This document shows, in pieces, positions 48,417 through 58,717 of a DNA stretch of 64,000 nucleotides (within the stretch, counting starts at the first letter, position 1; every line of letters begins with the position of its first letter). Source of the stretch: Candidatus Aenigmatarchaeota archaeon (GTDB lineage Archaea; Aenigmatarchaeota; Aenigmatarchaeia; JACPZZ01); assembly GCA_016180965.1 (NCBI GenBank), contig JACPAF010000001.1:223513-287512 (forward strand), given 5' to 3'. The notes under the pieces were generated by a model. That model worked only from the letters and a program-made list of their open reading frames with translations, was not told where the DNA came from and made no database searches. The position numbers were made by a program, and so were the translations under genes.

Positions 48417-49037
48417 TTGTTAAAAGCAAAATATCGCACATCATTTTCTTCCGCGGAGAAATTTACGGGCGTTTTGTTTTCCAAAATTCCTATTACCCCG
48501 AACCAATGGACACTCCTTTCCCTGATTTTTGGAGGGGCGGGTTTTTTGCTGGCATCCATCTACGGAAATTTAATTGCATCATTAGTTTTGTTTTTCCTCG
48601 CTTTCTTCTTTGATTACGTGGACGGTGCAGTTGCAAGATATTCCAAATTGGAAACAAAGAAAGGGGCTTACATAGATGGAATTTCCGACAGGTTTGTGGA
48701 AGCTTTCATAATTTTTGGCCTAATGTTTTATAAAATACCGAACGTGCTGGTAGATGCAAATATATTGCTCGCTGTGCTGCTTTTTTTCAGCACAATGACG
48801 TCTTATGCCAGGTCTTACGCCGGCCATAAAGGGTTAATTACCAATGAAAAGGAATTGATGCGTATGGGTGGTTTGCTCGAACGGTTTGAGAGGGTTTTCA
48901 TACTGCTTTCATCGGTTTCAATTTCTTTCATATACGGAGCTGAAATAATATCTTATTCAATAATTTTATTGGTCTTGTTGTCTGCGATAACTGTCGCACA
49001 AAGGATTTTTTATGTTTTGAGGAGACCGGGCAGATGA
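48417..49037 (+). CDS. CDP-alcohol phosphatidyltransferase (archaetidylinositol-phosphate synthase-like)
   Basis: TPNQWT, DYVDGAVAR...GAYIDGISDR, SYARS, ERFER. Confidence 0.9.
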   Translation: MLKAKYRTSFSSAEKFTGVLFSKIPITPNQWTLLSLIFGGAGFLLASIYGNLIASLVLFFLAFFFDYVDGAVARYSKLETKKGAYIDGISDRFVEAFIIFGLMFYKIPNVLVDANILLAVLLFFSTMTSYARSYAGHKGLITNEKELMRMGGLLERFERVFILLSSVSISFIYGAEIISYSIILLVLLSAITVAQRIFYVLRRPGR

Positions 49038-49372
49038 AACAAGTTATTCTGATACGAACGGACATTGGAATGTCTGCGGGGAAGAAAATTGCACAAGCCT
49101 GCCACGCGTCGGTTGGTGCGGTATTGAATGCCGACGATAAAATTGTTGCTCATTGGAATGAGACCGGGGCGAAGAAAATAGCGTTGAAGGTGGCCGGTGA
49201 GAATGCGATAAAGGATTTGCATTCAGCTGCGAAAAAAATGCGGTTACCGTGTTTTTTAGTGGCCGATGCGGGATTGACGGAATTGGAGCCCGGAACTATA
49301 ACAGCTTTGGCCATAGGCCCTGCGGACGACAATAAAATAGACAAGATTACGGGGAACATAAAACTTTTGTAG
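49034..49372 (+). CDS. pth2: Peptidyl-tRNA hydrolase 2
   Basis: KQVILIRTD, GKKIAQACHA, DAGLTE, IGP. Confidence 0.95.
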   Translation: MKQVILIRTDIGMSAGKKIAQACHASVGAVLNADDKIVAHWNETGAKKIALKVAGENAIKDLHSAAKKMRLPCFLVADAGLTELEPGTITALAIGPADDNKIDKITGNIKLL

Positions 49373-49380
49373 GTTTTTTA

Positions 49381-49791
49381 ATGAAAAGGACAACACTGGC
49401 AGTTGATGCGATAATAGAATCCGAAGGAAAAATAGTTTTGGTGAGGCGCGGTTCGCAACCATTTAAGGGTTTTTGGGCCATACCCGGCGGGCACGTGGAT
49501 TACATGGAAACAGTTGAGCATGCTGCAGTGCGAGAGGCGAAGGAAGAGACCGGGCTGGACATAAGATTAAAGTGGTTGGTGGGGGTTTATTCTGACCCTA
49601 AGAGGAATCCAGACGATGAGCATAGGGTGGCGGTTGCATTTTCCGCGGAAATTGCCGGCGGCAAATTAATGGGCGGCGACGACGCTGCAGAGGCAAAACT
49701 TTTTCCCATTGGACAATTGTCTAAAATAGAGCTGGCGTTTGACCACAATAAAATCCTGAAGGATTATTTTAAGCAGGGGCCTGTTAAGTGA
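49381..49791 (+). CDS. Nudix hydrolase (ADP-ribose pyrophosphatase-like)
   Basis: Nudix box; YSDPKRNP, GDDA, LAFDH. Confidence 0.88.
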   Translation: MKRTTLAVDAIIESEGKIVLVRRGSQPFKGFWAIPGGHVDYMETVEHAAVREAKEETGLDIRLKWLVGVYSDPKRNPDDEHRVAVAFSAEIAGGKLMGGDDAAEAKLFPIGQLSKIELAFDHNKILKDYFKQGPVK

Positions 49792-51215
49792 AAATAGAAA
49801 AATACGGAGCAATTGTTCCGACAGCAATGTTTTTTTATCTTTTGATCTCCGGCTACAATATAGTAAATCCACTGCCGTTGACATACGATCCGGCTTTGCA
49901 CGGGGAGATATCGGCTTACATACTTCCAAAAAATTTCATACCAGCCAATTGGCAACCTTTGTCTGATGTGGCATACACATATCCTCCGTTATTCCATTGG
50001 CTGGCTTTTCTGATTTCCTTGACAGGCGTCGAGGCTTATAGGGTTGTCATCTCAATGGGATTATTCCTGTACGCTTTGTTTCCCGTTACATTTTATCTCT
50101 ATGGTCTTTCTTTTGGAAAAAAGGAGGCAATCTGGTTTTCTTTTTTCGGGGCCGTGCAAGCCAGTTTGATAGAAGTCTTTGCCGCCGGCGAATACCCGCA
50201 ATTATTGTCGATGAATTTGTTGTTGATTGTTTTGTTTTTCCTGAATAAAAGGAGTTATGGGAATGCCGCGATTTTTTCCGGTCTGGTTTTATTGTCTCAC
50301 ACTTTTTCTACTGTTTACATGGCGGCGCTGCTGATGGTCCACTATTTAATTCATATGAAGAGAATAAAGATGCAAGATGTCATGAAGTTCGTTTTTGCAG
50401 CATTTTTGGTCTCCTTTGTATGGGTTACAAAATATTTGGAAATAGCAAACAGTGCGCTGAAAGGAAGCTGGGAAAATACTATTTGGTATTACCAAAGCGG
50501 GTTCGTGGGCCTGGATAAAATAAGCAGCATGTTTTTCAGCGTTATGCCCGGATCGCGGATGGGATTTGTTCTTCTTTTGCTATCTTTGGCAGGTTCGTTT
50601 TATTTGTATAGGCGTAAAAATTATTTCCCCTTAGCAATTTTTTTGTTTACGATTGCATTCACAATTTTCCATATTCCTGGCACACAATACAAATTTCCCG
50701 ATATGCTTGCTATCGCGGCGCCGCCCTTGGCCGCTATAGGACTAATAAGATTGTTGGAAAAAAGAAGCATTGGTAAGTTGGCCGTTTTGTCGGTCCTGTT
50801 GTTGATAGTTTTGGTAAATCCATATATGAACGCCAACAACCTTCGAAATTGTTGCGTCTCGACGGATATACCAAATGTTGACCAAGCCAACCTGGCAAAA
50901 TGGCTTCGTGTTTACGACAGCTCTAACAGTGTGTTGCTGGCAGACGGCAATTATGAGGTATGGTTTTCCCTGATAGCAAACAAATACCCGATGAACCCGA
51001 GGGTTTCTGAACTTGAAGTTTTTACCGATAATTATCGTTTGCGTTTATCGGACCGGTTAGATGTTTTGGAAGGGATTAAACAGGGAATGTTAGCCGAGAC
51101 TATTCTGGATAAGTGGGGTGTCGTCTATCTGGTTACCGGAGAGAGGTTAAATTCGACCCATCTGGAGCTGGTTAGGGAGGAAAACAGCACCAAGTTATAT
51201 AAGTATTATGCCTGA
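49788..51215 (+). CDS. Polytopic membrane protein, GT-C glycosyltransferase-like
   Basis: YDPALH acidic loop after TM1, YPPLFH, more than 10 TM, soluble C-terminal domain. Confidence 0.6.
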   Translation: MKIEKYGAIVPTAMFFYLLISGYNIVNPLPLTYDPALHGEISAYILPKNFIPANWQPLSDVAYTYPPLFHWLAFLISLTGVEAYRVVISMGLFLYALFPVTFYLYGLSFGKKEAIWFSFFGAVQASLIEVFAAGEYPQLLSMNLLLIVLFFLNKRSYGNAAIFSGLVLLSHTFSTVYMAALLMVHYLIHMKRIKMQDVMKFVFAAFLVSFVWVTKYLEIANSALKGSWENTIWYYQSGFVGLDKISSMFFSVMPGSRMGFVLLLLSLAGSFYLYRRKNYFPLAIFLFTIAFTIFHIPGTQYKFPDMLAIAAPPLAAIGLIRLLEKRSIGKLAVLSVLLLIVLVNPYMNANNLRNCCVSTDIPNVDQANLAKWLRVYDSSNSVLLADGNYEVWFSLIANKYPMNPRVSELEVFTDNYRLRLSDRLDVLEGIKQGMLAETILDKWGVVYLVTGERLNSTHLELVREENSTKLYKYYA

Positions 51216-51235
51216 TTAATGTTCAAGGCGATGTT

Positions 51236-51670
51236 ATGGAAGACCGCAAGAAGGAACTTGAACAGAAATATTTTTTGTACCAATTTTTGAAAGAACAGCT
51301 TGATAATATGAGCAAGCAGGCCGACGGGATGCAATCTGCGATTGTGGAAACACAGGCCGCGGTCAATGCGTTGGACGAGATCACAACAGGCCCCACGCAT
51401 GAAGCATTGATACCGCTTGGCGCAGGGACGTTTGTCCAGGGAAAGATAGAGGATGTTAACAAAGTTATGATTGCTATAGGAACCGAGATAGTTGTCAAAG
51501 AAGATAAGGATAAAGCACAAAAGTTACTTGAGCAGCGCGTTAAGGACATGGAAATCACATACACAAAATTGCTGAAGGACATGGGAAGCATAACCGCACA
51601 GATACAATCCATATTACCGGAAATTGAGAACCTTGCCGGCGAAATGAATTATTCCGACAGCAGGAAGTAA
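51236..51670 (+). CDS. pfdA: Prefoldin alpha subunit
   Basis: Coiled coils flanking LIPLGAGTFV...VMIAIG; upstream of ftsY. Confidence 0.92.
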   Translation: MEDRKKELEQKYFLYQFLKEQLDNMSKQADGMQSAIVETQAAVNALDEITTGPTHEALIPLGAGTFVQGKIEDVNKVMIAIGTEIVVKEDKDKAQKLLEQRVKDMEITYTKLLKDMGSITAQIQSILPEIENLAGEMNYSDSRK

Positions 51671-51692
51671 TTCTTGGCGGTTTGGTGCTAAA

Positions 51693-52883
51693 ATGTTTGG
51701 ATTTCTGAAAAAAAAGATTAAGGAATCGATAGACAATATAACTAAAGCTGTTTCTAAAAAACCCGACGAGGCCGAAAAAATAAAGGATGAATTCAGACCT
51801 GAGTACCAGGAGTTAAAAAACGATGATTTATCCGTCCCTGTTGGGGATGAAATTAACCGAGACGTTCCTAAGGAAACTTCGTCTGCGGTTGAGATTGAGA
51901 AAGCTATTCCTTTAGAAAAACCCGTTCCACAAGAAGAAATCATTGGAATTGATTCAAAACCGGCCGAAATAAAATCCGACGAAAGACCGAAGAAAGCCGG
52001 GTTCCTTGAAAATATAACTAAGAAATTCACAAAAAAAGTGACCGAGGTCAAGATACGCGAGGAGGATGTCTCTACAATCATTGACGATTTAAAAATGGGT
52101 CTGATGGAAAACGATGTCGCGCTTGATGTTGCGGAGAAAATTTGCGAAGATGTTGAAAAAAGCTTGGTCGGTAAAAGCGTAAAACGCTCCAAAGTTGGGG
52201 ATATAGCAAAAGATTCGTTGAGGAAAAGCGTTTCGGATATACTTTCCCAGAAAAAAATAAACCTGCGCGAATTTGTAACTGCTAATGATAAACCTGGTTT
52301 GCTTCTGTTTGTCGGATTTAACGGCGCCGGCAAGACTACCACATTGGCCAGGATAGGGAATTACCTGAAAGCAGGCGGAGTTAGCTGTGTTTTCGCGGCC
52401 GGCGACTCTTTCCGGGCGGCGAGCATAGAGCAATTGCAGGTGCACGGCGACAGGCTTGGTATCAAAGTTATTAAGCACAACTACGGCGCCGATTCAGCAG
52501 CGGTTATTTATGACTCAATGAAGTACGCAACAACGCATAACATTGATGTCGTTTTGGCCGACACAGCAGGCAGGACCCATGTCAATGCTAATTTAATTGA
52601 CGAATTGAAGAAAGTGTGCCGGGTGAATAATCCGTCCATGAAAATTCTTGTTTTGGACAGCTTAACAGGCAACGATATAGTCGAGCAGGCGCAGAAATTC
52701 GACGAGGCGGTAGGAATTGATGCGGTTGTTTTTACCAAGGTCGACGTTTATGAGAAGGGCGGTGCAATACTGTCTGCGACGCATACGATTAAAAAACCCA
52801 TTTTGTTCCTTGGCATCGGACAGGGTTACGAAGACATAGAGGAATTTAATGCAGACTCGATAGTTAACAGGCTGTTTAGCTAG
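51693..52883 (+). CDS. ftsY: Signal recognition particle receptor FtsY
   Basis: Acidic N-region, GFNGAGKTTT, DTAGR, TKVD. Confidence 0.96.
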   Translation: MFGFLKKKIKESIDNITKAVSKKPDEAEKIKDEFRPEYQELKNDDLSVPVGDEINRDVPKETSSAVEIEKAIPLEKPVPQEEIIGIDSKPAEIKSDERPKKAGFLENITKKFTKKVTEVKIREEDVSTIIDDLKMGLMENDVALDVAEKICEDVEKSLVGKSVKRSKVGDIAKDSLRKSVSDILSQKKINLREFVTANDKPGLLLFVGFNGAGKTTTLARIGNYLKAGGVSCVFAAGDSFRAASIEQLQVHGDRLGIKVIKHNYGADSAAVIYDSMKYATTHNIDVVLADTAGRTHVNANLIDELKKVCRVNNPSMKILVLDSLTGNDIVEQAQKFDEAVGIDAVVFTKVDVYEKGGAILSATHTIKKPILFLGIGQGYEDIEEFNADSIVNRLFS

Positions 52884-53616
52884 CTTTTCTTAAATCGTTT
52901 AATACTTCAAAATTTATACCAGTTCTTTCGAGCATTTCGGGTACGCGCCCTAAGAAAGGATAATCCTTATTGTCTCTATTGAGATGGTCATGGCCTACGA
53001 TCATAACAGCTTTGTTGCGTGGCAGGTTGCGTTTGATGCGTTGTATCCATCTCTCTTCTCTTTTCTTTTGTAGGTCTTTGAAATCCTGCGAATTTGTAAA
53101 ATCCACGTTATATTTCGTAGCGTATGTGCTAAGCCATTCGTATACTCCGGAATCTTCATCAAGATAAACCGTTCTCGCACCTCCGGATTCCGCAACGTGA
53201 ATTACAGAGCCCGCAATCCCTTTGTACGATCTTCTTTCACCTTCCATATACAAGATTTCAGGTTTTATCGAGCCGACCAGAGTCTGTTCCTCTTCCATTA
53301 TTGATCTTGCATAGTTGATATCGTGGAGGCTTTTCTCTTTTATTGCAGTTACTATGGGCAATGCGTCTATAGCCGATACGAGTTGCTCCCATAATTCAGA
53401 AGTGCCCGAATCCCCGTAAAGCGTTTTGTAATAGGCGGATTTTCTAAAAAACCTTTTTGTAACCTCGTCATAATTTCTTATCCCGTCTTTCACGGAGGGC
53501 GTTTTAAATTTTCTGAAAGTCAGCAAATTGCGTTCGACTGTTTCAATGGCCAAATTTACAATAATTGAAGGGTGACTTTCCGGTACACCGTAAATTATCG
53601 GTTTGTCCATTTTCAA
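52876..53616 (-). CDS. Hypothetical protein, possible TraB/Tiki/EreA/ChaN superfamily
   Basis: GVPESHP, LYMEG, YLDE, REERW, VGHDHL. Confidence 0.6.
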   Translation of the reverse strand: MKMDKPIIYGVPESHPSIIVNLAIETVERNLLTFRKFKTPSVKDGIRNYDEVTKRFFRKSAYYKTLYGDSGTSELWEQLVSAIDALPIVTAIKEKSLHDINYARSIMEEEQTLVGSIKPEILYMEGERRSYKGIAGSVIHVAESGGARTVYLDEDSGVYEWLSTYATKYNVDFTNSQDFKDLQKKREERWIQRIKRNLPRNKAVMIVGHDHLNRDNKDYPFLGRVPEMLERTGINFEVLNDLRKAS

Positions 53617-53620
53617 AACC

Positions 53621-54361
53621 TCATACGCTATACAGCTTTGGCGCAGCCCCGGTTCCTGAAACGGTCAGGTCTGCGTACATCAAAAAATTTATGCCTTTGT
53701 CTTTTAATAGGTTTGGAAAATTGCCTATGAAAACCCTTGACGGCTCTTGCACGACGCTTTCTTCGGACGGCCTGATTAAATGGTTTCTGCCTGCGATTAA
53801 CAAAGAAGTTCCGTGCGGTTTGTTTTTACCGACTCTTTTAGTCCAGTGCGCTTCACGGCCTTTTTGAACGTAAGACAAATCCGCTTTAAACCGATTTTCC
53901 TGCCATTTTTCATAAGGCGCGAAGCCTTCATCAAGATACACAACATCAGCACCCGCGTGTTTTGCAACGAGACCGATTACCGACGACGGATATTTTGAAC
54001 AGCCTTCTATGTACAATTTTTTTGGTCTAATGCCATAAACCATTTTTCGTTCTTCCAACGACGTTCTTTCGGCTTGGCTAATCCTGTCTAAAGCCCATTT
54101 AGCCAAGTTTTGATCTTTCGAAACGTTTACAACCATATCTTTCCAGAAATCCCAATATCTTTCTTCTACTCTAATATCACGCGCCATCTCGGAAAGAAAT
54201 TCTGTGTCAATGAGCCCATCAGCGGCTTCGCCTTCAAATTGTATTCCAAGGGTATTTAGTGTGCTATCTAAAACAGCAGCCGGGTGCGATTCTGCGACAC
54301 CGTGGACTATTAGACTGGTTCTAAACAGATCAGGAAATAAACCTAACATATAAACCTTCAC
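53621..54361 (-). CDS. Paralog of the adjacent protein, possible TraB/Tiki/EreA/ChaN superfamily
   Basis: GVAESHP, LYIEG, YLDE, REAHW, AGRNHL. Confidence 0.6.
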   Translation of the reverse strand: MKVYMLGLFPDLFRTSLIVHGVAESHPAAVLDSTLNTLGIQFEGEAADGLIDTEFLSEMARDIRVEERYWDFWKDMVVNVSKDQNLAKWALDRISQAERTSLEERKMVYGIRPKKLYIEGCSKYPSSVIGLVAKHAGADVVYLDEGFAPYEKWQENRFKADLSYVQKGREAHWTKRVGKNKPHGTSLLIAGRNHLIRPSEESVVQEPSRVFIGNFPNLLKDKGINFLMYADLTVSGTGAAPKLYSV

Positions 54362-54459
54362 TAAGGAGTAGTAACAATAAATACCAATAAAAATCGACTA
54401 TTGACGTATTATATCTTTTGAGAGCCTGTTTATTATTGTCAAATATAATAGTGTAACTT

Positions 54460-55782
54460 ATGGTTTTGGACAAGCTCGGAGAGTCGTTATCAAACGCCCT
54501 AAGAAAAATAGCGGGCAGGGGTTTTGTAGACAAGGCTGTCGTAGATGAATTTATCCGAGATTTGCAGCGCGCTTTGCTGCAGGCTGACGTGGATGTGAAA
54601 TTGGTATCTACGCTTTCAAATAAAATACGCGACAAAGTTTTGAACGAGAAGCCTGCGTCTGGGATTACGGTTAAAGAGCACATGATAAAAACCGTTTATG
54701 ACGAGCTGGTAATTTTTTTGGGCCGCGAAACCGGGTCTGTGGAGTTAAAAAAACAAAAAATACTTTTAGTAGGATTGTACGGGTCCGGTAAAACGACGAG
54801 TTCTGCGAAGCTTGCTAAATTTTTCGTCCGCAAGGGTTTGAAGCCTGCTTTGGTGGGCTGCGACACGTTCCGGCCTGCGGCACAAGAACAGATAATACAA
54901 CTCGGAAGCCAGATTGGCGTGCCTGTTTATGCGCAAGGCAGCGACCCTTCCAAAACCGCCGAGGAAGCGATAAAAAAATTTCCGGAAAGGGATGTAATAA
55001 TCTTCGATTCCGCTGGTCGCAATGCGTTGGATGTTGAATTGGCCGATGAATTGAAAAGATTAAAAGATTCTGTGAAACCGGATGAAATTTTTTTGGTGAT
55101 ACCGGCCGAAATGGGGCAGGCTGCGGGCAAGCAATCTGAGGAGTTTGCAAAGCTTGTGGGCATAACAGGCGTTATAGTTACGAAAATGGACGGCACTGCC
55201 AAAGGAGGCGCCGCACTCAGCTCCTGTGCGATTGTAAATGCGCCGATAAAATTTATCGGTGTCGGGGAGAAAGTTGACGAGTTCGAAAATTACGACCCGA
55301 AACGTTTTGTTTCGCGTTTGATAGGTTACGGCGATTTGCAAAGCCTCGTGGAAAAGGCGGAGGAAATCAAGTCGCCTGAACTTATGAAATCCGCCGAAAA
55401 TATGATGAGCGGTAAATATTCTTTACAGGATTTTTACGAGCAGATCGAATCAATAAAGAAAATGGGGCCTTTGAAGCAGGTGATGCAGATGATACCTGGG
55501 CTCAAGTTGCCGGATGGCATGTTGGATGTACAGGAAAAGCAGATGGCAAAATGGAAAATTGCGATGGAATCAATGACAAAAAAGGAAAAGTCGGATCCGT
55601 CGATTATCGATAATAGCAGGATAAAAAGAATAGCGTCGGGAAGCGGTTTGAAAGACGACGATGTGAAAGAACTGATAAAACATTATGACCGCACGAAAAA
55701 AATGATGAAGATGATGGGCGGGAAAAATTTGAAGCGCGGGGGCTTTGCCCAATTAGCGAAACAGTTTGGAATGAAGATGTGA
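54460..55782 (+). CDS. srp54: Signal recognition particle protein SRP54
   Basis: GLYGSGKTT, DSAGR, TKMDGTAKGG, Met-rich M domain. Confidence 0.97.
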   Translation: MVLDKLGESLSNALRKIAGRGFVDKAVVDEFIRDLQRALLQADVDVKLVSTLSNKIRDKVLNEKPASGITVKEHMIKTVYDELVIFLGRETGSVELKKQKILLVGLYGSGKTTSSAKLAKFFVRKGLKPALVGCDTFRPAAQEQIIQLGSQIGVPVYAQGSDPSKTAEEAIKKFPERDVIIFDSAGRNALDVELADELKRLKDSVKPDEIFLVIPAEMGQAAGKQSEEFAKLVGITGVIVTKMDGTAKGGAALSSCAIVNAPIKFIGVGEKVDEFENYDPKRFVSRLIGYGDLQSLVEKAEEIKSPELMKSAENMMSGKYSLQDFYEQIESIKKMGPLKQVMQMIPGLKLPDGMLDVQEKQMAKWKIAMESMTKKEKSDPSIIDNSRIKRIASGSGLKDDDVKELIKHYDRTKKMMKMMGGKNLKRGGFAQLAKQFGMKM

Positions 55783-56264
55783 AACAAATGAGGATAGGAA
55801 TTTTCGGCGATGCGCATATTCCGGACCGCGCATTTGAAATTCCTGATTTAATTAAAAAGGAACTTTACGCATGCGATATGATATTGTGCACCGGAGATCT
55901 GACGGGCGAAGAGGTTGTTGAATTCGTCAAAAATTCGGGCAAACCCCATAAAATGGTGCGCGGCAACATGGATCATCTCGATTTGCCGAAACTGGAAAGC
56001 ATTGATATAGAAGGGAAAAAGATAGTTATTATCCACAGCGATGAAGTCAAACCGCGCGGAGACAGGGATAAGTTGTTTGCGATTGCGGAACGTTATAATG
56101 CAGACATATTGTTGTACGGCCATACGCACGAGCAGGACGTTTGGGAGTTAAATGGAAAAATATTCGTCAATCCGGGTTCCGCTACTGGGTTGGGGCCGGA
56201 CGGCAATCCGCATTGCGCAATAATTGAGATGGGTAAAAATTCATTGAGCGTGAAAAAAACATGA
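55779..56264 (+). CDS. MJ0936/YfcE/Vps29-like metallophosphoesterase
   Basis: GDAHIP, TGDL, RGNMD, GHTH, NPGS. Confidence 0.9.
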   Translation: MKQMRIGIFGDAHIPDRAFEIPDLIKKELYACDMILCTGDLTGEEVVEFVKNSGKPHKMVRGNMDHLDLPKLESIDIEGKKIVIIHSDEVKPRGDRDKLFAIAERYNADILLYGHTHEQDVWELNGKIFVNPGSATGLGPDGNPHCAIIEMGKNSLSVKKT

Positions 56265-57541
56265 GCATGCAAATTTTGGAAAAAGCAAAGATGATAATGA
56301 AGAACGGTTATGTGTGCGACCATTGTTTGGGCAGGACTTTTGCCCAGCTGACTAAAGGCACGACAAACTCGATCAGAGGCAAAGCTATCCGCGATATTTT
56401 TGCGTTTTCCGCGGAGTCAGGCGAGAAAATTGAAATTGATGAGATTAACATCGACAATTATGATTTCAGGAATGTGAAGCGCAAAATAAAAAAACAGAAA
56501 CCTACCTGTAAAATCTGTGGGAATTTTTTCGATGGTTTGGGATCAATTTCCAAGAAGGCCATTGACAAATTATCTAAATTTGAATACGACAACTTTGTGG
56601 TCGGAACGAAAGTTTCCGGGGATATAGCAGGACGCGAAGAGAATTTATGGGAGGAGGTTGGCGCCGAGCATTGTGAGCCCATCAAAGCGGAAATAAACAG
56701 GGAGCTGGGGAAATTACTTGAAAAAAAGACGGGCAGGAAAGCGGATTTTGAAAACCCCGATATTGTAATTTTGCTGGATATGGATAAAAACGACATAGAA
56801 ATAAAGCCGTCGCAGGTCTGGGTTTACGGCTTATACCAGAAACTTGCGCGTGGCATACCGCAGACGAAGTGGCCTTGCCGCAATTGCGGCGGAAGAGGCT
56901 GTGAAAAATGCGATGGCAAGGGCAAAATGTATCCGACATCGGTAGAGGAAATTATAGCGAAGCCTTTGATCAAAGCTGCGAAGGCTTCGGCGAGCAGCAT
57001 GCACGGAGCAGGCCGTGAGGATATTGACGCGCGTTGTTTGGGATGGAGGCCGTTTGTGATGGAGCTGCAGCATCCGATGAAAAGGAAATTACAATTGAAG
57101 AAACTTGAGAAAGAGGTTAACAGAGATCGCAGGGTTAAAGTTAAATTGGTAAAATTTTGCAGCAAGGAAACGGCCAGAAAAATAAAGGCGGCCAAGCTGA
57201 CGAAAACGTACAAGATTATAGTGGCTTTTGAGAAACCGATAAATAAGGATGATATCAAAAAAATACTGGGTATAAAAAATCTGGTTAAACAGCGCACTCC
57301 AGTGCGGGTGGCGCACCGCCGAGCCGATCTTGTCAGGGAGAGGCGCATTCTGGGCTTAAAAGGAAGGATTATTTCCAAGAAGGAGGCTGAGTTTTTTGTA
57401 AAAACCGAGGCGGGCATGTATGTTAAAGAGCTAGTTTCCGGCGATGACGGGCGAACGGAACCGTCATTCACGGGAATAACGAACAACAAGGCCAAGGTGA
57501 AAGCTTTGGACGTTGTTGAGATAGGAAAAATCAAGGTTTAA
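56261..57541 (+). CDS. pus10: tRNA pseudouridine(54/55) synthase
   Basis: CDHCLGR, IPQTKW, GREDID, QRTPVRV, YVKEL. Confidence 0.95.
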   Translation: MSMQILEKAKMIMKNGYVCDHCLGRTFAQLTKGTTNSIRGKAIRDIFAFSAESGEKIEIDEINIDNYDFRNVKRKIKKQKPTCKICGNFFDGLGSISKKAIDKLSKFEYDNFVVGTKVSGDIAGREENLWEEVGAEHCEPIKAEINRELGKLLEKKTGRKADFENPDIVILLDMDKNDIEIKPSQVWVYGLYQKLARGIPQTKWPCRNCGGRGCEKCDGKGKMYPTSVEEIIAKPLIKAAKASASSMHGAGREDIDARCLGWRPFVMELQHPMKRKLQLKKLEKEVNRDRRVKVKLVKFCSKETARKIKAAKLTKTYKIIVAFEKPINKDDIKKILGIKNLVKQRTPVRVAHRRADLVRERRILGLKGRIISKKEAEFFVKTEAGMYVKELVSGDDGRTEPSFTGITNNKAKVKALDVVEIGKIKV

Positions 57542-57575
57542 TATGTTTGCGGGTTAATTAAACAAGGCGAAACCT

Positions 57576-57860
57576 ATGGTAACGAGATCTCATGGTGTAA
57601 GGTGGGGAACAAGAAAGAAGTTGAAAAAGCACGATAAAACACCCATAACCAAATATTTGCAGTCTTTTGTTGAAGGCGATGTGGTCGTGATATTGCCCGA
57701 TTCCGCGTCTCCGCAAGGCATGCCTTTTCCCAGGTTCAAGGGAATGGCCGGCAAGATCGCGGGAAAGAGGGGAAAAGCCTATATTGTCAGCGTAATGGAC
57801 GGCAACAAGATGAAAACCCTGGCTGTCAAACCTGAACATATACGGAGGCTGGGAAAATGA
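57576..57860 (+). CDS. rpl21e: 50S ribosomal protein L21e
   Basis: SHGxRxGTRKKL, GMPFPRFKG, PEHI. Confidence 0.95.
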   Translation: MVTRSHGVRWGTRKKLKKHDKTPITKYLQSFVEGDVVVILPDSASPQGMPFPRFKGMAGKIAGKRGKAYIVSVMDGNKMKTLAVKPEHIRRLGK

Positions 57861-58177
57861 AAGTAGTGCAGGAGAAATTCGTTTCCTACCCGAAGGCTAA
57901 AAAAATCCTGGAAGAAAGGGAGAAAGAAGGAGCATTGAGTTACGAACAGAAATCCAGCCTTGAACACCTGCGCAAATTCTCCAAACTTGAAGACGATGGA
58001 AAGATAGCCGAAGAGTTGCATTCCATAGAAAAACTGCGCGAAGACCTTGTTGTTAAAATAATAAATAATTTGCCTAAGGCGGCTGAAGATGTAAAAGTCC
58101 TGTTTCAAAAAGATGTCATAGACCTTTCCGACGAGGACATAGCCAAGATCATAGAAATAACGAAAAAGTACGCCTGA
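57857..58177 (+). CDS. rpoF: RNA polymerase subunit Rpo4 (F)
   Basis: LSYEQ...EHLRKF...KIINNLP; follows rpl21e. Confidence 0.92.
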   Translation: MKVVQEKFVSYPKAKKILEEREKEGALSYEQKSSLEHLRKFSKLEDDGKIAEELHSIEKLREDLVVKIINNLPKAAEDVKVLFQKDVIDLSDEDIAKIIEITKKYA

Positions 58178-58222
58178 TTCTTTTTTGAATAATATTTAAG
58201 AGGCAAAAACGAAAAGTATCTC

Positions 58223-58678
58223 ATGGCTCAGCCTTTTAACAAAGGAGTTTCACCTCTAGTCGCATCAGTACTTCTCATATCATTTACCATGGCAATAGCT
58301 GCGATATTGGCGACTTGGGCCACACAATACATGACACAACAAACTACTACGCTAACCACGAAAGGCAACGAGGCTAATTGTGTTTATGCCAGGATGAACC
58401 TGGACACGTACAGTTACGATAAAACGGGCAACCAGCTGATAATGATAGTAAATAACGACGGCAGGGTCGGGCTGCAAAATTTCACGCTATTCCTTTACAA
58501 CGGAAGCGGCATAAGCCGTATCTCATTAGAGACGGATACGAGCGTTACGAACAGGCAAAACACAACGCTACCGCCCGGCGAACCAAGATCGTTTATAGTC
58601 AACGGGGTTGCGAACGTAACGAGGTTTAGGGTGGTTTCCAACTGTCCGGAATATTCATTCGTAGATAAAACGGTTTAA
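58223..58678 (+). CDS. Archaeal type IV pilin
   Basis: KG|VSPLVASVLLI class III signal. Confidence 0.9.
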   Translation: MAQPFNKGVSPLVASVLLISFTMAIAAILATWATQYMTQQTTTLTTKGNEANCVYARMNLDTYSYDKTGNQLIMIVNNDGRVGLQNFTLFLYNGSGISRISLETDTSVTNRQNTTLPPGEPRSFIVNGVANVTRFRVVSNCPEYSFVDKTV

Positions 58679-58717
58679 AAATGTTTATAAGTATCTGGCC
58701 GACAATTAATAATTAAG

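Noticed and set aside
7642-57534. Long antisense ORFs (for example 7642-8346, 12077-12664, 31111-31692, 51614-52342, 56824-57534)
   Set aside because: They shadow well-supported genes on the opposite strand and carry no motifs
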